From assembly GCA_052034355.1 (NCBI GenBank), contig JBPOIQ010000049.1:1-45632 (forward strand): DNA of 45,632 nucleotides, written 5' to 3'. Numbering within the stretch: the first letter of the stretch is position 1; each line of letters opens with the position of its first letter. The translations under genes were made by a program, and so were the position numbers. The notes beneath the pieces are model-generated. The model was not told the DNA's origin, made no database searches, and saw only the letters and a program-made list of their open reading frames with translations. The stretch is from Minisyncoccota bacterium. Lineage in GTDB: Bacteria > Patescibacteriota > Patescibacteriia > SG8-24 > DYFX01. This document shows, piece by piece, positions 28,472 to 37,594 of this stretch.

Positions 28472-29493
28472 ACTTCTTTTCGCAGCGGCTCAGCAAAGAA
28501 AAAAAGAAACGGGTCGTAGACGGCATTCGCCACGTTGTCGAAAGCGAACAGTTCATCGGCGGGCCAGAAGTCGCCGAACTCGAACGCCGTTTGACGGCGT
28601 ATTTCAAAACATCGGCCATCACCTGCAATTCCGGAACCGATGCGTTGTTTCTCGGTCTCAAGGCGCTTGATATCGGCCCTGGCGACGAAGTGATCACCAC
28701 GGCCTTCACCTATTTCGCGACGATCGAAGCAATCGCCGCCCTTGGCGCAAAGCCCGTCCTCGTCGACATCGATCCTGAAACCTACAACATCGACGCCGCG
28801 CGCATTGAGGGAAAAATCACGAAGAAAACCCGAGCCGTTTTGGTCGTGCACCTCTACGGGCTGGCCTGCGACATGGCCCCAATCGTCCGTCTCTGCAAAA
28901 AACGCGGCTTGAAGCTTGTCGAAGACTGCGCCCAGTCTTTCGGCGCCAAGAGCGGGGGCAAACTGACGGGGACGTTCGGGGACGTCGGATGCTTCAGTTT
29001 CTTTCCAACCAAAAATCTCGGAGGATTCGGCGACGGCGGAGCTGTCACGATCCGCTCCAAGGCTGTCGCGAACCGATTCCGCCTTCTCAAAAACCACGGC
29101 CAGCCGAAGAAATACGAACATGCGATCATCGGATACAACAGCCGCCTGGACACGATCCAAGCCGCGGTCCTGATTGAGAAACTTTCTTGGATCGATGACG
29201 ATCTCGCATTAAGAAAAAAGACCGCGACCGCATGGATGAAACGGTTCGAAAGCGATCCGAACGTGCTGGCCCTGCCCACGCAAAAGAACCATACGTTTAA
29301 CGTCTTTACGCTCCTTGTGCGCGACCGCGCCGCTTTTTTGAAGGGATTGGAAAGCGAAAAAATTCCGTCTGCCGTCTATTATGACCGGCCGGTCTACGCG
29401 CAGCAGGCTTATCGAAATCTCTTCGGAACGCACAAGCCGCTCCCCCATTCGGAATTCGCGGCCAAGCACGTGATCAGCTTGCCGATCCACTGA
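28468..29493 (+). CDS. DegT/DnrJ/EryC1/StrS-family PLP-dependent sugar aminotransferase (WbpE/WlbC-like)
   Basis: FIGGPEVAELE, CNSGTDALFL and FSFFPTKNLGGFGDGGAV (the PLP lysine in PTKNLG). Confidence 0.9.
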   Translation: MNFFSQRLSKEKKKRVVDGIRHVVESEQFIGGPEVAELERRLTAYFKTSAITCNSGTDALFLGLKALDIGPGDEVITTAFTYFATIEAIAALGAKPVLVDIDPETYNIDAARIEGKITKKTRAVLVVHLYGLACDMAPIVRLCKKRGLKLVEDCAQSFGAKSGGKLTGTFGDVGCFSFFPTKNLGGFGDGGAVTIRSKAVANRFRLLKNHGQPKKYEHAIIGYNSRLDTIQAAVLIEKLSWIDDDLALRKKTATAWMKRFESDPNVLALPTQKNHTFNVFTLLVRDRAAFLKGLESEKIPSAVYYDRPVYAQQAYRNLFGTHKPLPHSEFAAKHVISLPIH

Positions 29494-29504
29494 TCGCGCG
29501 CTCG

Positions 29505-31724
29505 TTAGGCTGATCCGAAACGTTTCCAAAAATCCACGAGACGGTCGCCGAGCTCTTGCGGAGACGGCGCTGTTTCGACGCGTCGACGCGCGGCCGCGCC
29601 CATCAGACCATGTTTTCCAGATTGAACGATGTCGATCATCGCTTTCGCCAAAACTACGTCGTTCCCGACCGGCACGACGTACCCCTCCACGCCGTTTCTC
29701 GGCAATTCGTTCGCACAACCGACATCGGTCATCACGACCGGGATTCCGCAAGACATCGCCTCCGGCACAACCCGAGCCCACCCCTCGTACCAAGAAGAAA
29801 GGACGAGCGTACCGATGCGCTCATACACGCTGTCGATGTTTTCCGTATGCGCCACCCACTCGATGCGCCCCGCTATCCCGAGCACGAACGCCCGGGCCTG
29901 GAGCGCGCTCTCGAGCGGCCCCGCGCCAACCATGAGCAGTTTTGCTTGGGGAAGGGTTTTTGCGACAACAGCGAATGCTTCAAGCAAGCCAAAGAGATTC
30001 TTCTGCGGTACGAAGCGCCCGACGTACCCAAAAACGTCCGCAGGCGCATGGGCGCGGCACGTTCTGGGTTCCGTGTAGACGGGAATCCTCGTTATAGACG
30101 CCGCCGGAAGCCGTTGCCGCATATCTTCCTCGATCTTGGCGCTTACGACGCGAATACCGGAAGCGCGCTTCAAAACATGGAGACCGGCCGGGAATAAGAG
30201 CTTGTTCTTTAACGTTTCCTCACGCCAGTGATCGGACAGATAGACGCCGCCATGCTCTTCGACGACGAACGGAACCTGTTCCAGCGCGGCGGCGACGTAG
30301 GCAACGAGCCCGGCTTCAAATGGATCTTGTGCGACAACCAGAGTCGCCTGTTCAGCAATAATCGCTTCGCGTACTTGGCGAACCAGCCGCCACGGCATCG
30401 GATAACCGCGCACATCAAGCACATCGGCATGCACGCGAGGCGAGAGCTCGACCGAACTCGGATCCTGCTTCGCAAGACTCACGACGCGCAGATGATCGAT
30501 ACGTTCGCCGTAGGAGCGCATGCGCTCCGCAGTCCGGGAGGTCGGGTCGGCGACGGTACCGTCACGACTCACCAACACGACACGGAGCCCGGGTTTGCCG
30601 ATCACCGCTTCCGACGTTTCGCGTATCTGGCGTTCGATCGAAAAACGTCCGGAGTCTTTCAGAGCCTCGTCCGCGCAAGCGCGAGCGAAAGCCGGATTTT
30701 CCAAAAAGCGAATCAAGGCATCGGCCAATCCGTTTGCATCACCCGGTTCGACCAACAAGCCGTTTTTTCCGTCTTCCACGAGTTCCGTGTTGCCTCCTGC
30801 GCGGCTCGCGACCACAGCTGCGCCGCAAGCAGATGCTTCGACGAGCTGATGCGAAAACCCTTCATACGAACTGACTAAAGCGAACACGCCGCTTTCACCG
30901 ATGGTTTTCCAAAGGGCATCGCGTTCCATTTTTCCGGCAAACGTCACGCGCTGTTCAAGCATCGGCGCGCTGGCCAAGGCTCGCAAACGGTTCATTTCTG
31001 GACCGTCGCCGGCAATAAAAAGCTCGGCATCGGGAAAACGTTCAAGAACCCGAGGCATCGCCTTGAGCAGCACGTCAAAATTTTTCCATGGTACGAGGCG
31101 TCCGGCGGCAACGATGCGGTGCGGAAATTTTCCGCGTTCCGCAGAAGCCTCCGGCAGATGCACGCCGTTGTTGATCATGCGGATGCGGCGATCGGGAACT
31201 CCCCAGCCGCGCAGCACGTCAGCCAAGTACCGGCTTGGAGCGATGGCGATATCAGCGCGACGATAGACGAATCTCTGCACGGCCCGCAGCACCATCGGCA
31301 CGAACGGAATATCCCGAGCGCTCTGAAAGGCCTCGAGCGAATCGCCGTATCCGTACTTCACCTGTGCCTGTTCCCAAGCAAAATCTCCCGCGATACGCAG
31401 GATCAGCTTGCGCCGACGAAGCCAGGCGACGCAGAGCGCCGGCAAACCGGAAGCGATCGCGTCTTGCGCGAAGATCGGACCAGGTTCGTCGGAAGCGCGC
31501 CATACGGCCCGCAAGAACGCGCTGTATCGTCTCCAGGCCGGAAGAGCCCGCGGAATACGAATAACCGCGAATGCCGAACGTTTCTCGTCCGTAACGCGAT
31601 CAGAATACGTTACGACCGTGATACGATGCCCGCGCGCGCTCCAAGCTTCGGCAAGCGCCGAAACGGACGTGGCTGGACCCCCGAAGTCCGGAGGAAAAAT
31701 ACCGGTGGCAAAAACGACTTTCAT
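29505..31724 (-). CDS. Tandem double GT4 glycosyltransferase (two complete GT-B modules in one polypeptide)
   Basis: 739 aa. The first module ends with EGFSHQLVEASACGAAVVASRAGGNTELVEDGKNGLLVEPGD. The second ends with EGWARVVPEAMSCGIPVVMTDVGCANELPRNGVEGYVVPVGN. Confidence 0.85.
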   Translation of the reverse strand: MKVVFATGIFPPDFGGPATSVSALAEAWSARGHRITVVTYSDRVTDEKRSAFAVIRIPRALPAWRRYSAFLRAVWRASDEPGPIFAQDAIASGLPALCVAWLRRRKLILRIAGDFAWEQAQVKYGYGDSLEAFQSARDIPFVPMVLRAVQRFVYRRADIAIAPSRYLADVLRGWGVPDRRIRMINNGVHLPEASAERGKFPHRIVAAGRLVPWKNFDVLLKAMPRVLERFPDAELFIAGDGPEMNRLRALASAPMLEQRVTFAGKMERDALWKTIGESGVFALVSSYEGFSHQLVEASACGAAVVASRAGGNTELVEDGKNGLLVEPGDANGLADALIRFLENPAFARACADEALKDSGRFSIERQIRETSEAVIGKPGLRVVLVSRDGTVADPTSRTAERMRSYGERIDHLRVVSLAKQDPSSVELSPRVHADVLDVRGYPMPWRLVRQVREAIIAEQATLVVAQDPFEAGLVAYVAAALEQVPFVVEEHGGVYLSDHWREETLKNKLLFPAGLHVLKRASGIRVVSAKIEEDMRQRLPAASITRIPVYTEPRTCRAHAPADVFGYVGRFVPQKNLFGLLEAFAVVAKTLPQAKLLMVGAGPLESALQARAFVLGIAGRIEWVAHTENIDSVYERIGTLVLSSWYEGWARVVPEAMSCGIPVVMTDVGCANELPRNGVEGYVVPVGNDVVLAKAMIDIVQSGKHGLMGAAARRRVETAPSPQELGDRLVDFWKRFGSA

Positions 31725-31764
31725 GCGTGTATAGTGTACCCATCGAGCTTTTTAAGCGTCAATT

Positions 31765-32922
31765 ATGCCACAGCGTCGAAAAGTGCTTTTTCTCGTGACG
31801 TCTTCCGCTTGGGGCGGCGCCGAACGCTATGTTTCCCGCTTGGCCCGCGAAGCTTCCAACGAGTTTGACGTGACTGTCGCTGCGGGCCATTCACCGAACG
31901 GAGAGCTTTTTTCATCGCTGCCGTCGAACGTTCACACACTTGAAATACCGGAACTGCGGCATCCGATTTCGCCTCTCCACGATTTGCTCGCTGTCCGAAC
32001 GCTGCGCCGCCTGATTGATCGCGAAGGTTACGACATCATCCACACCAACAGCAGCAAGGCCGGACTCGTCGGCGCGCTTGCCGCGCGCTGTTCAAAGCAT
32101 CGACCCGACGTCGTCTACACGGCGCACGGCTGGGGTTTTCTCGAACGCCGCTCGCCCCTTTTCCGACTTCTGCTTCTTTGGAGTGAAAAAATGGCTGCGC
32201 GTTTTAGAAGCGCCACGATCGTGCTTTCCGACGCCGAGCGCGATATCGCTCTGCAAAACAAACTCGCTGCCAGGAAAAATCTTGCCGTGATTCCACTCGG
32301 CATTGATCGCGACGAGATTGCTTTTCTGGATCGTGACTCCGCGCGCGCACGGCTGGAAGAGCTGTGCGGAACGCGGCTCGATCGCCTCGTACTCGGCACG
32401 ATTGCCAATGCGTATCCCGCGAAGAATCTGCCGATGCTGTTTGAAGCCTTCGAAGGTCTTGCGAGCGCATTTCCGGATCTCGACCTCGTCGTGATCGGCG
32501 ACGGTCCCGAGATGCCGCGTTTGCGCGCCCTCCACAACGCGCTCCCCCACAGAGATCGCGTGTTTTTGCCGGGAAGCGTGAAAGAAGCCGCGACGCTTTT
32601 GAAAGCCTTCGACGTTTTTGTTCTCCCCTCAACCAAGGAAGGAATGCCGTGGTCGATTCTTGAAGCCTCGCTGGCGGAACTCCCCATCATCGCCACCTGC
32701 GTCGGTGCTTTGCCGGAACTCATCACTGACCGTCAAACGGGTCTTCTTGTAAAAGCTGGCGACCTCTCCGCCCTCCGACGCGCGATCCATGACGTCCTTG
32801 CTGATCGTACGCTCTACCAGGAACTCAAAAGCGGCGCCCCGCGCATTGCGGAACACCGCTCGGGAAACGTCATGATCGAAAGCGTTCTTGCGCTCTATCG
32901 CTCGCTTAACCGCCGTTCGTGA
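31765..32922 (+). CDS. Glycosyltransferase family 4
   Basis: 385 aa. VLFLVTSSAWGGAERYV ... PSTKEGMPWSILEASLAELPIIATCVGALPELITDRQTGLLVKAGD. Confidence 0.85.
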   Translation: MPQRRKVLFLVTSSAWGGAERYVSRLAREASNEFDVTVAAGHSPNGELFSSLPSNVHTLEIPELRHPISPLHDLLAVRTLRRLIDREGYDIIHTNSSKAGLVGALAARCSKHRPDVVYTAHGWGFLERRSPLFRLLLLWSEKMAARFRSATIVLSDAERDIALQNKLAARKNLAVIPLGIDRDEIAFLDRDSARARLEELCGTRLDRLVLGTIANAYPAKNLPMLFEAFEGLASAFPDLDLVVIGDGPEMPRLRALHNALPHRDRVFLPGSVKEAATLLKAFDVFVLPSTKEGMPWSILEASLAELPIIATCVGALPELITDRQTGLLVKAGDLSALRRAIHDVLADRTLYQELKSGAPRIAEHRSGNVMIESVLALYRSLNRRS

Positions 32923-35116
32923 CGATCGTCTCGCGCTGCGTGGCGATCGATTCCACCAAATCCAGCTTCTCAGGATAGAGCGCGCGCGCTTCGCGGATGA
33001 TCGCGTCGCTTTTTGCTTTATCGCCCAGCGCCCAAGCGCCGATTGCACCCACGAGATCCCACTGAAGATTGCGGATATCGGAAGCGACCGAGGCCTTTTG
33101 CAGTTCGACAAGATCCTTCCAACGACGCTGGTTCAACAGATGCAGCGTGCCGTACTCGACCTGGTCCCAAGCGTCTTGATCGTTCTTGATGCCGGGTTTT
33201 TGCGCCAGGTATTTTGCCGCTTCAATAGGGTCGCGGAATTCAAGCTGCCAACGCACCCACCAGGCATCGCCGAGTAGATTATCAGGGTCGAGTTCACGAT
33301 ACCGTTGAATGTGCTTTTCCGCTTCATCGAGCTGATTCTTTTCCCACGCAATCTGCGCAAGGATGATTTCGACCTCATGCCTGTTCGGCGATCGCGCGGC
33401 TGCGCGAGCGGCGGCGTCCTCGAGCGCCGCTTGCTGTTCGGGCGTACGCGGCCCGAAGCTCAGGTAGGCGGACGAAATCACGAGCGCCTGCACGTAGTCG
33501 TTCCGGTTATTGAAACGGCGATATTCGTCGTCAGCCAAATCTTGCAGAATCGGAAGATACGGCCCTTGGAGATATTCTCCGCGCGCTTGGCTCAGATGCG
33601 ACATCACGGCGCGAATATCGCGCTCATAGTACGGCGATTCCTTTTTACGCAACTCCGCGAGCATGCCGTTCCATTCTTCGGCTGTGCGACCCTGCTGCGA
33701 CAACGCCATGATCATCTGCGACGTCAGTTTCGCCGAGCGGATGGTCGTCGAAACGGTATAGAGACACCAGACGCTCGCAAAAGCGGCGATCAGCGCGAGC
33801 GGAACGGCGGCCTGCGTCGTCTCGTCAGACCCCTCTTCGCGCTCCTCCCGCGAAGCGGCATCAGCCGCGACCAAGGAGAAAATGAAGAAGAGCGCCAAAT
33901 AGGACATCGGCGTTTCGAAAATGAAAAGGTTCGTGCCGACCTGGGAGAAGGCCGCGATCACGAGACCGCCACCGAGCACCCAATCCTCGCGCTTTTTTGA
34001 CACAGCCAGGCGCACAGCGAACGCGAACACCGCGGCATACGCCAAGAAGCCCAGTATGCCAAGATTGTGCAGCACCTCCAGAACGAGGTTGTGCGGGCGG
34101 TCTTGCCGCGTTTCGTACTCGCCGAACACCAGCGTCTTAGGATCGTAGTTGTAATAGTAGCCGCTCTCAAAATTCTCGGGCCCCCAGCCGAGCACCGGTT
34201 TTTGCGTGATTCCCTTCACGACGTTTTCCAGCAAGAATTTGCGGGATCCGCTCGTTTCCTGGAAGTACTGGATGGACAAGCGGGAATCGTACAGCCAGCG
34301 CTTGAACGGATAGACCTGGTTGCCGATCAAGTACGCAACGATTGCGAGCACGACAGCGCCAAGGCTGATCAAGCTGAATTTTCGAGCGCGCTTGCCGCCG
34401 CGCACTGCCGCGATCAACGTCGCGGCCAGAGCACCCAAGAGCACGCCCAAGAGCGCCCCCTTCGATTTCGTGCTGACAATACCGACCATCACGACAACAC
34501 CCGAAGCGAGCCAGAGCCAGCGCGAAGGCGTCTTCCAAGAACGGTACGCAAGCCACGCCGCAAGAAAGAGATGCGGCACGAGATATTGGCCGAGATAACT
34601 GGCGTTCCCGAGCGTGGCGGCGCCTCGAGTGCCGACGACGCCAGCTGGAGGAAACGCCACCTGGATCAATGCATGCAGTGAAAGAATGATCGCCGAGATG
34701 GTTGCCGCGATAACCGGTTGCGCGACGACTTTGCGCCACATCGCGCCAGCCATCAGGAAGAAAGCAAGGAGGTGGTACTGAAAGAACATTCCCGTCAAAC
34801 GATCCGGCTTCGACCAAAAACTCCGATGCAGGTTATCGCCCAAGAACATCGACAAGGTCGCGACGGCGAAGTACGCAAGTATCGCGTAGAAAAAAGCCGA
34901 TTTCTCCGGACGGAACTCCTTGCGGCGGAACGCAAGCAAGACGTAACACGGAAAAAGCAGCTCGACGAGAATTTCAAAGCTCAAAATTTTGCCCGTCACC
35001 CAAGGATACAGATGGCTGAGCCAGACGATGAACGGGATCGCGAACACCGCGAACAAGCCGTACCGGACGAGTTTTATCAGGAACGAATCGAGCGGTTTCA
35101 ACGGGATGTTCTGCAT
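32906..35116 (-). CDS. O-antigen ligase/polymerase-like (Wzy_C) membrane protein with a C-terminal TPR-like repeat domain
   Basis: 736 aa. About 10-12 TM helices are followed by a loop with the PHNLVLEVLHNLGILG motif typical of the Wzy_C/O-antigen ligase family. A ~270-aa helical repeat tail follows. Its start overlaps the murC stop by 19 nt. Confidence 0.75.
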   Translation of the reverse strand: MQNIPLKPLDSFLIKLVRYGLFAVFAIPFIVWLSHLYPWVTGKILSFEILVELLFPCYVLLAFRRKEFRPEKSAFFYAILAYFAVATLSMFLGDNLHRSFWSKPDRLTGMFFQYHLLAFFLMAGAMWRKVVAQPVIAATISAIILSLHALIQVAFPPAGVVGTRGAATLGNASYLGQYLVPHLFLAAWLAYRSWKTPSRWLWLASGVVVMVGIVSTKSKGALLGVLLGALAATLIAAVRGGKRARKFSLISLGAVVLAIVAYLIGNQVYPFKRWLYDSRLSIQYFQETSGSRKFLLENVVKGITQKPVLGWGPENFESGYYYNYDPKTLVFGEYETRQDRPHNLVLEVLHNLGILGFLAYAAVFAFAVRLAVSKKREDWVLGGGLVIAAFSQVGTNLFIFETPMSYLALFFIFSLVAADAASREEREEGSDETTQAAVPLALIAAFASVWCLYTVSTTIRSAKLTSQMIMALSQQGRTAEEWNGMLAELRKKESPYYERDIRAVMSHLSQARGEYLQGPYLPILQDLADDEYRRFNNRNDYVQALVISSAYLSFGPRTPEQQAALEDAAARAAARSPNRHEVEIILAQIAWEKNQLDEAEKHIQRYRELDPDNLLGDAWWVRWQLEFRDPIEAAKYLAQKPGIKNDQDAWDQVEYGTLHLLNQRRWKDLVELQKASVASDIRNLQWDLVGAIGAWALGDKAKSDAIIREARALYPEKLDLVESIATQRETIVTNGG

Positions 35117-36492
35117 AGTGGATATGCGATGGAATAGATGTCGCCTGCGCCCATAATGAGCATCATAGCATTTTCCGTATCGAGGCCCTCGAGCTGTCTC
35201 AACGCTTCTTGAGGCGTTGCGGCATACGTGACGGAGGATACCTTCCCACGGGCCGCGACCGCTTCGACGAGCTGTTTCGAAGAAACCTCGCTCTCCCCTT
35301 CTTTGCGCCCTTCAACGCCGTAGATTTCGGAGAGGATAAGCGCATCTGCAGCATCGAAAGCTGTTACGAAGGCATCGAACAGTTTGCGCGTGCGATCGTG
35401 ATGGTGCGGTTGGAACGCCAAAATTAACTTTCTTCCCGGATAAAACTCTTTCGCGGCCTTGAGTGTCGCCTCGATCGCATCCGGCGTATGTCCGTAGTCC
35501 GAAATAACCGGCGCGCCGTCTCGTTCGCCGACTTTTTCAAAGCGCCGCCAAATACCGGAAAAGGAAGCCAGCGCCGAGCGTGCCGCCTCTTCGGACGCGC
35601 CGAGCGCGCGGGCCGCGCCGAGCGCGGCAAGCGCGTTCAAGACATTGAAAGCACCAGGCACACGCAACTCCAAACCGCTCCAAATGATGCCATCCTGAAA
35701 CACGGCGTCAAAGCGCTGCAAACCTTCCTCTGTATGGTGACGCTCGGCGCGCAAGCTTGCCTCCTTTGAAAAACCGAACGTGCCGCTCATCCGCGTAGCG
35801 TTGGCGAACGTTTCCCGGCTGCCTGGATCGTCCACATTCCAAAAAAGCGTGCCGTTATCAGGTAGTTTGGCGACAAACGTCCTGAACGTCTCCTCGATAT
35901 GCGCGAGATCTCGGTAGTAATCGAGATGGTCTTCGACGATTTTAGTGACGACAACCATTGAAGGCGAAAGACTCATGAACTGTTCGCGGTACTCGCACGC
36001 CTCAACGACGAATATGTCGCTCTTTCCCATGCGGAGATTGCCGTATTCGAAACCTGGCACGCGACTGCCGACGATAACGGTCGGGTCCAACCCCGCTTTC
36101 TCGAGCATGAGCGCGAGCATGGCTGTCGTCGTCGATTTCCCGTTGGTGCCGCACACAGCGACCGTCTTACACCCCCTGGACAGAAGGCCGAGGAATTCAA
36201 AATAGCTGAACTGCGGGATACCAAGCGCCGAGGCGGCCTGTCGTTCAAGTTGCGTTTCCGGTGCGGCGGAAGTGTAGATGAGAAGATCGATATCCGGAGC
36301 GATGTTTTCAGCGGCCGGCTCGACGACGCGTACGCCGGCACGCTCGACATCCGCCGTCACGATCGAGCGCGTCGTATCGGAACCGCTGACATCCTTTCCT
36401 TGTAAACGCAAAAACTTGGCGACCGCTGAAACGCCGATACCGCCGATGCCAACGCAGTGTACGCGGTGGATGTGCTCAAGGTGAGGTACCAT
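35098..36492 (-). CDS. murC: UDP-N-acetylmuramate--L-alanine ligase MurC
   Basis: VHCVGIGGIGVSAVAKFLRLQGKDVSGSD, the P-loop AVCGTNGKSTTTAML, and a Mur ligase C-terminal domain (DYGHTPDAI). Confidence 0.93.
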   Translation of the reverse strand: MVPHLEHIHRVHCVGIGGIGVSAVAKFLRLQGKDVSGSDTTRSIVTADVERAGVRVVEPAAENIAPDIDLLIYTSAAPETQLERQAASALGIPQFSYFEFLGLLSRGCKTVAVCGTNGKSTTTAMLALMLEKAGLDPTVIVGSRVPGFEYGNLRMGKSDIFVVEACEYREQFMSLSPSMVVVTKIVEDHLDYYRDLAHIEETFRTFVAKLPDNGTLFWNVDDPGSRETFANATRMSGTFGFSKEASLRAERHHTEEGLQRFDAVFQDGIIWSGLELRVPGAFNVLNALAALGAARALGASEEAARSALASFSGIWRRFEKVGERDGAPVISDYGHTPDAIEATLKAAKEFYPGRKLILAFQPHHHDRTRKLFDAFVTAFDAADALILSEIYGVEGRKEGESEVSSKQLVEAVAARGKVSSVTYAATPQEALRQLEGLDTENAMMLIMGAGDIYSIAYPLCRTSR

Positions 36493-36533
36493 ATCACGCC
36501 CAGCCTACCCGTTCACTCCATATTTTTCAAGAT

Positions 36534-36564
36534 AAAAAACGAGACCTTCCCCTCAGAAGGTCTC
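36534..36564 (-). terminator. Rho-independent terminator after the 36594..37046 gene
   Basis: The minus strand reads GAGACCTTC-TGAGGG-GAAGGTCTC followed by GTTTTTT, 30 nt after the stop. Confidence 0.7.
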
Positions 36565-36593
36565 TCGAAGTCGTGGCCGCGAAGGCGTCCCGA

Positions 36594-37046
36594 TCAGGAA
36601 GCGGCGCGCGTGATCGGATCGAGCGTGCCGCCCCACGGCGCGAGCGCGCTCGTCGGCACCTGGAAGACTTCGCCCTGTTCGATCTTGCCGACCAGGTCGC
36701 CCTTGGTCGGCATGCGAAAGATCACCTTCTGCACGGCGTAAGCGCCGTTGCCACGGGCGATGAGCGTCCAGCCGGCGCACAGCAAGCGCCGCGTCAGCGC
36801 CGGGTAGGCAGTGGTGTCCTGCGCCGTCACCAGCACCGCGCTCTTGCCGCCGACCATCTCGATCTGCTTGAGGCGACGCAGGAACATGGGATCCCCCGCC
36901 AGCACGATGGTTTTCAGGTCGACGCAGACCTGCTTCCAGGTCGACGGACGCGGCAGGTGGTTCGGCCCATCCCCCAGGATCGACACGCCCCACCGGACGA
37001 TTCTCCGTAGCTGAAGATTGCTGATCTCGACGGCTCTGCAACTCAT
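36594..37046 (-). CDS. Hypothetical protein (150 aa), orphan, G/C-ending codon bias
   Basis: ORF 36594..37121 trimmed to the ATG at 37046, which is preceded by GGAGGG. Its composition is protein-like, whereas the overlapping 36553..37059 frame is R/G/A junk. It has a possible Rossmann-like alpha/beta segment (TIVLAGDPMFLRRLKQIEMVGGKSAVLVT). I recognise no family. Confidence 0.5.
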   Translation of the reverse strand: MSCRAVEISNLQLRRIVRWGVSILGDGPNHLPRPSTWKQVCVDLKTIVLAGDPMFLRRLKQIEMVGGKSAVLVTAQDTTAYPALTRRLLCAGWTLIARGNGAYAVQKVIFRMPTKGDLVGKIEQGEVFQVPTSALAPWGGTLDPITRAAS

Positions 37047-37156
37047 ACATTCCCTCCAAGATGTGCGGTTGAAGTCGCGAAAGAACGTGCGCACCTTTAC
37101 ACGTTTTAAGCCTAGTGTCAAGCTGTCCGTGTCATCCCAAACGGAGGAGTACGATC

Positions 37157-37588
37157 ATGTCAGATGACAAGAAAGAGGGCGGTGACCCTCGCGAACAAGC
37201 GAAGCCGACGGTCAAGCCCGAGGAAGTCGTGGTCACCGTCAAACCGAAGGAAGAGCCGGTCCCCCGCGGAACCAGCAAGCACGATGCCGCGCGTATCCGG
37301 AGGGACAACGCCGACAAGCAGCGCCGGGCCGACAAGGCGACGGGCGATGACAACAGCGGCGCCACCAAGGAAGTTCGCGAGGCGATCAAGAAAGCCACCC
37401 CCGACGGACGTGACGCACAGGTGAAAGCGGCGGAGAAGGCAACCAAGGAGGTCGGCAAGAAGCTCGACCCCAACGTCTTCAAGGAGGTGCAGGTCGATAT
37501 CCCCAAGGAGTCGCCGATCGTCGCCCCCGCCACGGAAGGCGCCCCGCCTACCCCGCCTCCCGCGCCCTCGAAGGACAAGGGTATCTGA
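37157..37588 (+). CDS. Hypothetical K/E/P/A-rich low-complexity protein (143 aa)
   Basis: ORF 37115..37588 trimmed to the ATG at 37157, which is preceded by GGAGGAG. It has no TM or signal peptide. Lys codons are 17 AAG versus 4 AAA. A terminator follows. Confidence 0.5.
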   Translation: MSDDKKEGGDPREQAKPTVKPEEVVVTVKPKEEPVPRGTSKHDAARIRRDNADKQRRADKATGDDNSGATKEVREAIKKATPDGRDAQVKAAEKATKEVGKKLDPNVFKEVQVDIPKESPIVAPATEGAPPTPPPAPSKDKGI

Positions 37589-37594
37589 ACGCAG

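Noticed and set aside
26790-29160. Minus-strand ORFs 26790..27671, 27604..28446 and 28447..29160
   Set aside because: They lie antisense to the SucD-like, citryl-CoA-lyase-like and DegT genes. They are R/A/S-rich shadow frames.
33305-34817. Several + and - strand ORFs inside the Wzy-like gene (e.g. 33305..34000, 34067..34681, 34167..34817)
   Set aside because: They are alternative or antisense frames of a long hydrophobic membrane-protein gene, with R-rich composition.
36553-37059. 168-aa minus-strand ORF in another frame of the GC-rich islet
   Set aside because: Its R/G/A/P-rich sequence has no structure. The overlapping frame 36594..37046 has balanced composition, an SD and a terminator.
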